From: a virus
Taxonomy: Duplodnaviria; Caudoviricetes
IMG/VR virus record: IMGVR_UViG_3300012956_000016
Coordinates: 19,935 to 83,934 of that record
DNA length: 64,000 nt
Direction: 5' to 3' (one strand)
Below the pieces are notes generated by a model. That model was not told where the DNA came from, ran no database searches, and was given only the letters and a program-made list of their open reading frames with translations. The position numbers and the translations under genes were made by a program. Shown here in pieces: positions 41,966 through 50,963 of the stretch; position 1 is the first letter of the stretch, and each line of letters starts with the position of its first letter.

Positions 41966-42583
41966 CTATACTACTTTTTCTTTAAAGTGGTTAGGTGTAT
42001 TATCATCCCCACCAGATTCAATATTTGCACAGTAATCGGCTAGTTCCGAATGAACACTGTGATCTTTCTCCATCTTCTTGATGAAGTACTGAGATGTTCG
42101 CATGTACATAAACCTTGGAGATTTAAGTTCATACTCATCTACATACATAGCTGTTGCTTTTAGGATCGTATCCCAGTCATAGCTATAGTTCTCAAAGAAC
42201 CACTTAAAGTTAACTTCGAGATTCTTCACATCTGAGCGAGCTCTCTTACCACTAGGGAGCTTCTCATTTGGAAAGATCTCCAAATACTCTTTAATTTTAT
42301 GACCGTATTCACTACCCATAAGCTGAGTTACAGTCTTTTTCTTCTGGACTTTGAAGAAGGATTCTAACTGAGATACTAATTCACTAGCTTTAGCAGTCAG
42401 TTTGTTGTCTCCGTCAATCCAGTTGTCTGATAATAGTACCCGGTGATCCTGGTGGATGTTAATACCAATAGGAGATATACCTTGGGTCATACTCAGAAGT
42501 AGGAAAAACTGATTAGGAGATAGGCCGTGAACAACGATAAGGTTGAACATCTCTATCATTTCGGAGTCTTTCTTGCCGGCCAT
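41966..42583 (-). CDS. Hypothetical protein (possible HTH/replication protein)
   Basis: 205-aa ORF directly upstream of dnaB. Confidence 0.65.
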   Translation of the reverse strand: MAGKKDSEMIEMFNLIVVHGLSPNQFFLLLSMTQGISPIGINIHQDHRVLLSDNWIDGDNKLTAKASELVSQLESFFKVQKKKTVTQLMGSEYGHKIKEYLEIFPNEKLPSGKRARSDVKNLEVNFKWFFENYSYDWDTILKATAMYVDEYELKSPRFMYMRTSQYFIKKMEKDHSVHSELADYCANIESGGDDNTPNHFKEKVV

Positions 42584-42595
42584 ATGTTAATTTAT

Positions 42596-42626
42596 TTTGT
42601 GTTTTAGCTTTTTTTTCGTATCTTTT
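42596..42626 (+). promoter_or_regulatory. Bacteroidota sigma-type promoter for the plus-strand membrane-protein island
   Basis: TTTG (42596-42599), 19-nt spacer, TATCTTTT (42619-42626); ATG follows 4 nt later. Confidence 0.55.
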
Positions 42627-42630
42627 ACTC

Positions 42631-42909
42631 ATGAAAGCACTCAAAGAATTTGGTCAAGGTTTCTTAAAAGCCATGAATAATGAATTATTAGGACATAGTC
42701 TTAAGAAATGGCTTGCTGTTGGTATATTTTGGCTTATAGTAGAATCTGTTTTAAGATTTGGTACTTCTACTAATTTAGAGGGAGTTCTTGTGATATTATC
42801 AGGATTAATCTTAACTTTGATGGGACTTAATGTGGCGGATAAAAAAGTTAATAATATACCTACTCCACCTAAAGAAGAAAAAGAAAACGTAGATAACCCA
42901 CCAGTATGA
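42631..42909 (+). CDS. Holin-like membrane protein
   Basis: Two TM segments and a charged C-tail; ATGA overlap with the next gene. Confidence 0.55.
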   Translation: MKALKEFGQGFLKAMNNELLGHSLKKWLAVGIFWLIVESVLRFGTSTNLEGVLVILSGLILTLMGLNVADKKVNNIPTPPKEEKENVDNPPV

Positions 42910-43232
42910 CAGCAAAACAACTCATAGCATTCGGATCATTACTATTAATAATCTTAGGACTTGGTCTTTATATCATATTCAGAAAACCTGCAGATACTGT
43001 AGACACTTCGAAGTTAGATGCTTATAAAGATTCTCTTAACATCCTTTGGAAAAAGATTGATTCTAAAGACTCTGCTATAGCAAAACGCGATAGAAAGATC
43101 GATAGCTTAGACAATGTAGATAAAACAAATAACTATTACTACCATGAAACCATACAATATATTAACAATCCTCATACTTCTATTAGGAGTTTGGACTCAA
43201 TCGTTCGCTCAATCGCCATCCCACACAAGTAA
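42906..43232 (+). CDS. i-spanin-like protein
   Basis: N-terminal TM followed by periplasmic coiled coil (DSLNILWKKIDSKDSAIAKRDRKIDSL). Confidence 0.5.
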   Translation: MTAKQLIAFGSLLLIILGLGLYIIFRKPADTVDTSKLDAYKDSLNILWKKIDSKDSAIAKRDRKIDSLDNVDKTNNYYYHETIQYINNPHTSIRSLDSIVRSIAIPHK

Positions 43233-43569
43233 GCCTTTAACTATCGTTCCTGATAGTCAAACGTGTTACAACAAATCAGAGATGCAAGCGATTGCATCAA
43301 AACTTGTTTATGGTGTTAAGCTAGAAAAGCAGCATGTGACTGATAGTACACGTATAGATGTCTTAAAGAAAGACATCATCGACTATAAAGAGAAAGATGT
43401 TTACTACAAAAATGCTATAAAGATCTACGACTTTTCAATAGCCGAACAAAAGCGTATTACCGATAAGACCATAAACAAACTTACTCGTAATATCAAGTGG
43501 TTAAAAGTTGGTTGGGTATCAACAGCTGTGTTTTTAGCTGGCACTACCACGTACTTCCTTATGAAGTAA
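43144..43569 (+). CDS. Spanin-partner-like protein (signal peptide plus C-terminal TM)
   Basis: Starts inside the previous gene; signal ...TQSFAQ, coiled coil, C-terminal VGWVSTAVFLAGTTTYFLMK. Confidence 0.5.
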   Translation: MKPYNILTILILLLGVWTQSFAQSPSHTSKPLTIVPDSQTCYNKSEMQAIASKLVYGVKLEKQHVTDSTRIDVLKKDIIDYKEKDVYYKNAIKIYDFSIAEQKRITDKTINKLTRNIKWLKVGWVSTAVFLAGTTTYFLMK

Positions 43570-44061
43570 TACATCTATTACTGGTAAAGCTACGCGATAC
43601 ACTTTCCCATCTACTTTACAATAGTACATCATACTTTCAGGAAATAACGTGTTAAGTGTATCAGTATTTATACTAATATACTTATTACTAATATTATAGA
43701 AAAATATGTAGTCTGAATGCCAGAACTTATTATAGTCCTTCATAAGATTAATAACCTTAACAGGACTCTTTTGGTTCAAGACATCAGCTAAAGGTCTAAA
43801 GAACAAATTCTGTAACTTCAAAGTACCGTTACCATCACCTAGATGTAATAATCTATTTCCATCTAAAAGGTTTTTCATTGACATAGGATAATCTTCAAAA
43901 GTTTTACACCTTCTCAGTGCTTTAGTTATTTCAACTGAAGCAGCTCCTGGTATATCGAGTATATTATCTTGATGTAATGTGTTACAAAACAAAGGAGATG
44001 TATAACCCACAAAGATTTCACCATCGTTGTCATAAATAAGATGTGTTGTTATTTCTATCAT
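43534..44061 (-). CDS. Hypothetical protein
   Basis: 175-aa ORF convergent with the island. Confidence 0.65.
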   Translation of the reverse strand: MIEITTHLIYDNDGEIFVGYTSPLFCNTLHQDNILDIPGAASVEITKALRRCKTFEDYPMSMKNLLDGNRLLHLGDGNGTLKLQNLFFRPLADVLNQKSPVKVINLMKDYNKFWHSDYIFFYNISNKYISINTDTLNTLFPESMMYYCKVDGKVYRVALPVIDVLLHKEVRGSAS

Positions 44062-44088
44062 AAGCTAAGTATAAAGGTTAAAAGTATG

Positions 44089-44805
44089 TTACCATACTAT
44101 TTCGGTTCCGAATTGTTTTTTACTGATGTTGTTTATTTTGTTAAAGATGTCACCTGAATCCCATCTTTCTGAATGGCTATGAGCCGCAGCAGCAGGATGC
44201 ATACAAGTGAGCAGGTAATTATTATCCGGTATTGATACCATCCATTCCTGAGCTTTTTTGCCCATAAATACATAGATCAAACCTGGATTTTGAAAAGCGA
44301 TTGTATCAAGTAAGAAAGCCATAAAAGGCCTCCATACATCATAGTGGGTTCCCACCTTCGCTATTGTTGTAGTAAATGCAGTGTTAATAAGTAAAATACC
44401 TTGGTTAGACCATCGTTTTAAGTCAGGATCCCAGCTATAGCCATCTTTGTATACAGTGTTTTCAATCTCTTTAAACATGTATCTCATAGAAGCTTCTGGC
44501 TTACCAGTATTTGCACATGAGAAAGCAATACCATCGGCAACTTCCTTCTGCGGATATGGATCTTGTCCAATCATTACAATCTTAAGATCGTTATAAGGAC
44601 ATTCTTCGAATGCCCGGAACACTTGTTTAAGAACAGGTGTAAATCGTTTACCTTCTCTTGCATCTTTTAAGAGGAAGAGAAGTATTTTAGTGAAATCATC
44701 ACTAAGTAAAAAACTCTTTAGTTTATCAGCCCAACCTGATGGTTTTAACCTTTCATAGAGCTTCTGTTTGATATGATTGATATCAACATTATCTAAAACA
44801 TTCAT
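44089..44805 (-). CDS. ung: Uracil-DNA glycosylase, family 1
   Basis: IGQDPYP, ADGIAFS, QGILLIN, HPAA. Confidence 0.93.
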   Translation of the reverse strand: MNVLDNVDINHIKQKLYERLKPSGWADKLKSFLLSDDFTKILLFLLKDAREGKRFTPVLKQVFRAFEECPYNDLKIVMIGQDPYPQKEVADGIAFSCANTGKPEASMRYMFKEIENTVYKDGYSWDPDLKRWSNQGILLINTAFTTTIAKVGTHYDVWRPFMAFLLDTIAFQNPGLIYVFMGKKAQEWMVSIPDNNYLLTCMHPAAAAHSHSERWDSGDIFNKINNISKKQFGTEIVW

Positions 44806-44814
44806 GGTTTAAAC

Positions 44815-44845
44815 TTTATAAGTGTAAATATTTTGCGTATATTTG
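44815..44845 (+). promoter_or_regulatory. Bacteroidota sigma-type promoter
   Basis: TTTA (44815-44818), 19-nt spacer, TATATTTG (44838-44845); ATG 4 nt later. Confidence 0.6.
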
Positions 44846-44849
44846 TTGT

Positions 44850-45134
44850 ATGAGTACTATCAAATACGATACAATACCAAGTGATGCTATCATAACTATT
44901 AAGTTATCAGGAGCATTCTACGATAAGCTTAAAGTAAGCTTGCTATCAATCTGTAATACAGTAGAGCCTCAAGAACTATTAGCTTTACTTGAAAAGTTTA
45001 AAGTCAAAGGTCCCGCAGATGATGCTACTGAACATAACATTCATACATTATTGATGTTAATACGCGAGATAGAAATCAGTGCTAAGACTCAAGGGTTAAC
45101 CCAAGAGAAAGAGATGGTAATACCAGAAGTTTAA
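44850..45134 (+). CDS. Hypothetical protein (isolated plus-strand gene)
   Basis: 94-aa ORF filling an otherwise empty gap, with its own promoter. Confidence 0.7.
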   Translation: MSTIKYDTIPSDAIITIKLSGAFYDKLKVSLLSICNTVEPQELLALLEKFKVKGPADDATEHNIHTLLMLIREIEISAKTQGLTQEKEMVIPEV

Positions 45135-45551
45135 CTATCTAAAGTTTATGTTAAGGTGATCTCCCATTTCGATAATGGTTTGTATAACCAAACCAAGATC
45201 TTCAACTGAAGCATCTCCGAAGGACTTGCAGTGCATATATTTCTCACCATCAAGTTCTATCTTAACACAGAAGCCGGATTTGTTCTTCACTCGGATCTTC
45301 ATATCTTCGAAGTTATCGCCAGTTTCTTTGGCCATTTCTCTAATACATTTATAAATCTTAGCTATCTGAGCTAAGGTTCCATTATCACAATTAGCGTCCA
45401 TAAAGACTTCAACAATCTGACCTTCTTCAAGGGACTTCTTGAACTCTTTAAACTGAGCTTCTTGCGAGCTTATTGTGTAAATAAGATGTTCTCCGGACTT
45501 TGTAAGTTTCCCGGAGAACATCGCATTTTTTTGTTTCTTACCGTCAAGCAT
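45135..45551 (-). CDS. NinB/YbcN-like recombination accessory protein
   Basis: TLAQIAKIYKCIREMAKETG.....MK ... SFGDASVEDLGLVI pattern resembles NinB. Confidence 0.5.
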   Translation of the reverse strand: MLDGKKQKNAMFSGKLTKSGEHLIYTISSQEAQFKEFKKSLEEGQIVEVFMDANCDNGTLAQIAKIYKCIREMAKETGDNFEDMKIRVKNKSGFCVKIELDGEKYMHCKSFGDASVEDLGLVIQTIIEMGDHLNINFR

Positions 45552-45845
45552 TTATTTCTTTTTTGTAGTTGTTTTCTTTGCTGCAAGCTTTTTAGCTGGA
45601 GCCTTAACTGGTATCTCTGTAATAGCTGCTACAGCATCTTCGAGTTTTTCGAAAATGATATGACTATTACTAGTTACTTCTGCTTTAAACTCAGAAGATT
45701 TACATACCATAACTATGTTTTGATTATCGTTTTGATATGTCTTTACTTTACAAGGAATAACTCTTGCACCAAGTAAAGGTAGTTTTTTTTCTGAATAGCT
45801 TTTAGAAACAGCATAAACAGTTGTGTTAATAGGTAATAATTTCAT
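45552..45845 (-). CDS. Hypothetical protein with Lys/Ala-rich tail
   Basis: C-terminus KAPAKKLAAKKTTTKKK. Confidence 0.7.
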   Translation of the reverse strand: MKLLPINTTVYAVSKSYSEKKLPLLGARVIPCKVKTYQNDNQNIVMVCKSSEFKAEVTSNSHIIFEKLEDAVAAITEIPVKAPAKKLAAKKTTTKKK

Positions 45846-45933
45846 CTTTTTAATGTTAAGGTTAATATCACTCAGAAGGAAGTAGGATAATCGAGATCAT
45901 CACTACTTCCCAACCATGCCATGGTTTTAGAGA

Positions 45934-46407
45934 TTACTTTGGCTGATGCATCCGTATAATAAGTTGTTCGTTATCTTTTTTACACTTACTGTTACTTAAT
46001 TCGAGAGCTTTAATCTGTAGTAAAAGCTGTTGAAAGAACACTTCTTTCTTAAAATCCTTTCGTTCTTGTTTAGTAAGTACCGTTTCTTTTGTCTTTTCTT
46101 CCTGTAGTTTTGTAATTGTATCTTCAAGCTCAAGTATATAAGCATCTTTCTTTCCTATTTCAACATTAAGATTCTTAATGATGATATGGTCGGGGATCTT
46201 CTCTGTATGTGGTTGATCATCTTGTGATCGAACCCATCTTACTTGTAAGCTTACAACATCCTGGTTGTTATGTAACCACCTTTTAGCACGTAATACGTCC
46301 TCTTCAGTGTGTTCTTCTCTTACCGGATATAATGCGAAACGGGCCCCTTGAGGTCCGGTTATCCAAAATTCATAATCGATCGGTTTAGTTCCCTCTGTTT
46401 TCTCCAT
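45934..46407 (-). CDS. Hypothetical coiled-coil protein
   Basis: 157-aa ORF. Confidence 0.7.
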   Translation of the reverse strand: MEKTEGTKPIDYEFWITGPQGARFALYPVREEHTEEDVLRAKRWLHNNQDVVSLQVRWVRSQDDQPHTEKIPDHIIIKNLNVEIGKKDAYILELEDTITKLQEEKTKETVLTKQERKDFKKEVFFQQLLLQIKALELSNSKCKKDNEQLIIRMHQPK

Positions 46408-46753
46408 CTGTACTCTCCTTCTCTTCTACGCCAGGGTTCCATTCAGGATTAGTACTAAATTCTGGTACGAAATGACCCTCTAAATGAGCATCTTTTCTTA
46501 GATCTTTATGGTAGTTCTCTTCGTTCTTAGCACTTACTCCGTATTCAGGAGTAAGATTTGGAATTACTTCATAATCACTAGCAGTGTTATGTATAGCTAG
46601 ATCAAGATTTTCATCATCTCCTGGTATACTTAATACTAGCAAATGAACTACTCTACCATTACTTTCGATTTTTAATGCAGTTGCTGCCATATTAGTGGGA
46701 TTGTTCGTTATACCATTCATCAAAGGTACAAGAGTTCTTTTGTCCAGCTTCAA
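46385..46753 (-). CDS. Hypothetical protein
   Basis: ORF with uncertain start (TTG 46753 or a downstream ATG). Confidence 0.6.
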   Translation of the reverse strand: MKLDKRTLVPLMNGITNNPTNMAATALKIESNGRVVHLLVLSIPGDDENLDLAIHNTASDYEVIPNLTPEYGVSAKNEENYHKDLRKDAHLEGHFVPEFSTNPEWNPGVEEKESTDGENRGN

Positions 46754-47024
46754 AAACTGATCTTAAAACTTCTTTATCTTTGATCTCCTGGAGTTTTTTC
46801 TTTGATTCATCCTTTGCTTTAACAGCATCTTTTTGATCACGGATGATACCTTTGATATGAGCTATAGCTTCTTCTCGATTGTTAGCCTCAAAAGGAGGAT
46901 AAACTTCTTCACAGAATCCACTATCTTCAGCATCTTGAATATCAAGTGGTACAAAGTATCTTTTTACTTGTAAGGATCCAGACACATGTCTGTAACCCCA
47001 CCATAAGTTTTTCTTTTCAGACAT
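46692..47024 (-). CDS. Hypothetical phage protein
   Basis: WWGYRHVSGSLQVKRYF; overlaps both neighbours. Confidence 0.7.
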   Translation of the reverse strand: MSEKKNLWWGYRHVSGSLQVKRYFVPLDIQDAEDSGFCEEVYPPFEANNREEAIAHIKGIIRDQKDAVKAKDESKKKLQEIKDKEVLRSVFEAGQKNSCTFDEWYNEQSH

Positions 47025-47319
47025 CTTTTCTTAGGTCTTTAAATTTGATGTTACGTGAGTTTAAGAACTGACCAAAAGCATTCTTGGTAACTCCAAAGTG
47101 TCGAGCAAGCGAACTATAACTTTTGTTAATATTAGCCATGATATACTCGACATCTTTGTCAGTCCAAGTTTTCTTATGATGTATGTTGTTCTTGTGCATG
47201 AAACCTATTATAGAAGAGCGAGATCTACCCAACTCTTTACTTAAGGTTCTTACCGGTAGGTTGATGTTATCTTTAAGGTACCGGACTTCTGATGTTCTCC
47301 AATACTTATAAGATTCCAT
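47017..47319 (-). CDS. Tandem HTH (Myb/GcrA-like) protein
   Basis: Two W(R/T)xxE/DVxY...LS/AxxLGR/VS repeats. Confidence 0.65.
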   Translation of the reverse strand: MESYKYWRTSEVRYLKDNINLPVRTLSKELGRSRSSIIGFMHKNNIHHKKTWTDKDVEYIMANINKSYSSLARHFGVTKNAFGQFLNSRNIKFKDLRKDV

Positions 47320-47321
47320 AA

Positions 47322-47600
47322 CTAACCTATTTTATCCACATCGTAGCAAGTAAGTATGAGCTCATGTTTAATAGGACCATCAGCAAGATTTATTGCAAGT
47401 TCTGCAGCAGCTTTAAGTGCTGCTTGTACATGCATGTTAGTGAAACGAACATAAGTTTCCTTAGTTTCATCCATATCACCTTTTTCTTCTTTTAAGAAAT
47501 CATCCCATTCTTCTTGAGTCATTTCTTTACCTCTTTCTTTAATAGATTCGGTGTTCATTTCTTTTCTTACAAACTCTTCGAAAGTTAATACTGTTTCCAT
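47322..47600 (-). CDS. Hypothetical protein
   Basis: 92-aa ORF. Confidence 0.7.
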   Translation of the reverse strand: METVLTFEEFVRKEMNTESIKERGKEMTQEEWDDFLKEEKGDMDETKETYVRFTNMHVQAALKAAAELAINLADGPIKHELILTCYDVDKIG

Positions 47601-47601
47601 T

Positions 47602-47883
47602 TTAATGTATTTCTGTTGTTAAACCTGAGTCAAGTAATGCTTGATGTATAGGAAGAAGAGTATCCATACTCCCATTCTTTATACTACATTTACCTGCACT
47701 ATGAACTATTAGAGCACATTGTTCGGCCTGCTCCAATGTATGGCCACACTTACGATGAAGACAAATGATAACCCACTCGAAGCTATTAACATCATCATTA
47801 AAAAGGATGATGCTTTTAGTATCTTCTTTCTGAGTTACTTTTTTTTCTTCAACAATAGTGTCTTCTTGATATAAGTTTTTCAT
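47602..47883 (-). CDS. clpS: ATP-dependent Clp protease adaptor ClpS
   Basis: ILFNDDVNSFEWVIICL...EQAEQCALIVHSAGKC. Confidence 0.88.
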   Translation of the reverse strand: MKNLYQEDTIVEEKKVTQKEDTKSIILFNDDVNSFEWVIICLHRKCGHTLEQAEQCALIVHSAGKCSIKNGSMDTLLPIHQALLDSGLTTEIH

Positions 47884-48956
47884 TATAAGTAAGTTATTTT
47901 TGATTGATCAAATCCTTCTAAAGCTGATTTAACCCATTCCACATCAATAGTATCTAAATAACATAAGATTCGTACTGTTGATTTTTGTTTTGGATTAAGT
48001 CTTAAAAACCTTCCGATTTTCTGACTAGCTGTTCTTTCATTTCCGTAAGCATGTAAGATAATACCTTCTTCTAAGTTAGGTATATTCACACTCTCACTGA
48101 GTTGTTGTACAGCTGATAACTTAATAATATTACCTTCTTTAAAAAATGTAAGATTATCTTCTGATCTAGGGTTAGTAGAATGATAACTGTATTTGCACAA
48201 TCTTTCAGCTTGTTCCTTTGTATTAGCAAAGATCAAACACTTCTTATTAGTGCCATTAAACAGCATAGCTCCGAGTTTTTCCTTTGATGGAAATCCTTGC
48301 ATAGCTTTCATCCTCATGATTCTGGCCATTTGAGCTCTTGCCGGTGGTCCATTCTCTATCTTATCTGTCCAAAAATCATAAGATGATTGTTCAGATGTAT
48401 ACCATACAGAATCTCCTTTTTTCATTGGAAGAGTTCTTGCAGTATTAAGATGTAGTAAATGAACAAAGATCTCATAGTCATTAAGAATACCATCATCTAT
48501 TGCAGTATCTGTTTTATAAACAAACACAATAGGACAGTACTTATTAACCATGATACCTCTTTCAGATGTAGCTCTAACCGGTGGTGTACCAGTTAAACCA
48601 AGAATCTTACCTTGATAATTACTTAACCATGGATCATGTGAAAACTTTAAGTTGTGACACTCATCAAGATAAACAACATCATAATCAAAATCTTGTTTAT
48701 GAAGAGAACGATAAGTAGTAAACTTTAAATGAGGAATAAGATGTTTCATTCCAAACTTCTCTATATCCTCTTTCCAAGCTTTGAATACAGACTTTTTAGA
48801 ACCTACAATCAGAAATCTACAAGAGTCATTATACTCTTTGTCCATATGTCTAATACCCATCATGGTCTTACCTGATCCCATAGAGGAATCAACACCACAT
48901 CTTCTATGTGGTGCTATAGCTTTTAGAGCTTCTGTTTGTATATCATCTTTGTCCAT
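47883..48956 (-). CDS. Superfamily 2 helicase
   Basis: MGSGKT, DECH, LTGT, ESVNIP, QKIGRFLR. Confidence 0.88.
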   Translation of the reverse strand: MDKDDIQTEALKAIAPHRRCGVDSSMGSGKTMMGIRHMDKEYNDSCRFLIVGSKKSVFKAWKEDIEKFGMKHLIPHLKFTTYRSLHKQDFDYDVVYLDECHNLKFSHDPWLSNYQGKILGLTGTPPVRATSERGIMVNKYCPIVFVYKTDTAIDDGILNDYEIFVHLLHLNTARTLPMKKGDSVWYTSEQSSYDFWTDKIENGPPARAQMARIMRMKAMQGFPSKEKLGAMLFNGTNKKCLIFANTKEQAERLCKYSYHSTNPRSEDNLTFFKEGNIIKLSAVQQLSESVNIPNLEEGIILHAYGNERTASQKIGRFLRLNPKQKSTVRILCYLDTIDVEWVKSALEGFDQSKITYL

Positions 48957-48957
48957 G

Positions 48958-49389
48958 TTATCTAAATATTAAAAGTAAATAATGAACAGTAATGAAGATA
49001 AGACCTCCTATACATACAAGAGATCGAACTAAGTAGTTCATCTCGAAAAAAGCTGTGGATGTATTAGAAGAAGCTTCGAACCTCTTCTGGTATATCCTAG
49101 GCTCAAGATCATTTCGTTTCATGTAGTATAAACCATCATGAAACCATGGAAAGATAAGTGCTAAACCAATAGGTAAAACTATATCTAAAGTTAACAGTCC
49201 TATGATTAAAAGAACTACACCTCTTTCCAAAAAGAAAATCCAGTGAATATTAGGATAAGAACGATCAGATCTGACTACTGAATCATAGTAGAAAGCTTCA
49301 CGAGTACCTTCCATCATCGAGTATACCATCCATAATAGGATGATAATACTACTTATTATTAGTCTTCCTATATCCATCTCTCCATTCAA
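48958..49389 (-). CDS. Membrane protein
   Basis: Several hydrophobic segments. Confidence 0.7.
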   Translation of the reverse strand: MNGEMDIGRLIISSIIILLWMVYSMMEGTREAFYYDSVVRSDRSYPNIHWIFFLERGVVLLIIGLLTLDIVLPIGLALIFPWFHDGLYYMKRNDLEPRIYQKRFEASSNTSTAFFEMNYLVRSLVCIGGLIFITVHYLLLIFR

Positions 49390-49591
49390 TAAAAGGTTGT
49401 AAGGTAACTGCTACTCTTACTCCTGTGATTACAATACAGCATACGATAATAACCCATATTCCACCATCTCCTAAGATACTTGTGATATCTTTAAAGAAGT
49501 AAAATGAGAAGGCTCCTATAATAGCATTAACAGCTAATATCCAAGCAAGTTTTATGGGATGTTCCCATAAGTAAATTAAGTACTCTTTCAT
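49349..49591 (-). CDS. Small membrane protein
   Basis: Two TM segments. Confidence 0.7.
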   Translation of the reverse strand: MKEYLIYLWEHPIKLAWILAVNAIIGAFSFYFFKDITSILGDGGIWVIIVCCIVITGVRVAVTLQPFIEWRDGYRKTNNK

Positions 49592-49595
49592 ATTT

Positions 49596-49901
49596 TTACG
49601 CGTTTAAATTAACTCCTGGTAAGCCCAGTTGTTGGGCTACAGTTACATCGATGAATGCTACTCCTGATTTAGGAACATCCTTACCAAATAGGCTTACTGC
49701 TACTTCTTCTTTTACTACCCAGATATTACCACTACGGTAAGGACTAGTAGCATCAGATGTTTTAGCTTCAACAGCTCCTATGAGTACAAAGCCCATTGCT
49801 TTGTACTCTTTACATTTTTCACATGGTTCTTTACTGAACCCAGTGCCAGGACCTAATTCAGTCTTAGCACATATTGGACAAAGTTCTTTAGTGTCTAACA
49901 T
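49596..49901 (-). CDS. Hypothetical protein with CxxC motifs
   Basis: CPIC...CEKC. Confidence 0.7.
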   Translation of the reverse strand: MLDTKELCPICAKTELGPGTGFSKEPCEKCKEYKAMGFVLIGAVEAKTSDATSPYRSGNIWVVKEEVAVSLFGKDVPKSGVAFIDVTVAQQLGLPGVNLNA

Positions 49902-50250
49902 GTTTCTTCTTTTGTTTTTTACCAGCTTGTAACCTCATTTTTCTGAAGTTTTTTAAGACTTCCAAAGCTACCATAAAATTCTCTCTGTCAGGTGATTTTA
50001 ACATATCTGTTAAGTTATTAACCTGGTCTTCATCTAAGGTTTTGGTACACTGTAATCGAAGTAACTCTACCGGTAAAGTATCTATCTCAGAAAGTCGGTC
50101 AAATCTTATAGCACTTTCGGTTTTGTTATACCAATAGTACCAAGGACTATACTTATTACCTTTGTTATCAACAAGAATTTGCAATCCTGGTATCTTTTTT
50201 AGTTGCTTATCTATAAGAGTATTACAACCATTAAGTTGAAGAGCACTCAT
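49888..50250 (-). CDS. Hypothetical protein with SxDxEN module
   Basis: MLKSPDRENFMVAL. Confidence 0.7.
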   Translation of the reverse strand: MSALQLNGCNTLIDKQLKKIPGLQILVDNKGNKYSPWYYWYNKTESAIRFDRLSEIDTLPVELLRLQCTKTLDEDQVNNLTDMLKSPDRENFMVALEVLKNFRKMRLQAGKKQKKKHVRH

Positions 50251-50954
50251 TATTGAGAAAGTTTAGACCAAGCTACTTTTTTATTCGTACTTTTTCCCTT
50301 ATTTACTACGTTTTCATAGATGGTGATATAATCACCTACGTTTACATGTTGGGTTAATGTAGGAATCTTTTCTCGTACCTTCTTGATCTGTTCATCATTA
50401 GCTATTCTAAACAGAGTAACTATAGATCGAACAAATTTAGCAGATTCACTGAAAGGAATATCATCAGCACAATCTTGGATGAAAGCAGCTATTTCATGAG
50501 CTTTAGGATTGATCTTAAAAGTTCTTCCTTCTCTCACTTTTTTACCTGGTGCACTATCTCCTCCTTCAAAAAGAATGATTAAGCACACAGACATACCAAA
50601 CTTATATCTCTCCTCGAAATCTATAAGTTTTTGATAGCAAGCAACTCCAATCTTAGACCATGAGTGAATATAATCAGCTATTCTCCAAGGTTCTTGGTTA
50701 GCATTAAGTGTAATAAGAGTAAGATGATCATCAGTGTTGTTTCCTATCTCATATAAGATAGGAAGTCCTAACTGTTTACAAGCTAAGAATCGATGTTGAC
50801 CATCAATAATTTCCATGTCTTTGTTAACCTTAATAGGTTTTGAAGAGTCATAACCGATCAGTTGGATCGCTTTGATTAAACGATCTACAAGTCCCATGTT
50901 AACCTCGCGGTTATCTTCTCTGAACTTGAATCGTGCATAATCTAGTGTTGTCAT
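50250..50954 (-). CDS. ParB-like N-terminal domain protein
   Basis: PIKVNKDMEIIDGQHRFLACKQLG. Confidence 0.8.
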   Translation of the reverse strand: MTTLDYARFKFREDNREVNMGLVDRLIKAIQLIGYDSSKPIKVNKDMEIIDGQHRFLACKQLGLPILYEIGNNTDDHLTLITLNANQEPWRIADYIHSWSKIGVACYQKLIDFEERYKFGMSVCLIILFEGGDSAPGKKVREGRTFKINPKAHEIAAFIQDCADDIPFSESAKFVRSIVTLFRIANDEQIKKVREKIPTLTQHVNVGDYITIYENVVNKGKSTNKKVAWSKLSQ

Positions 50955-50963
50955 TGTTTGAGT

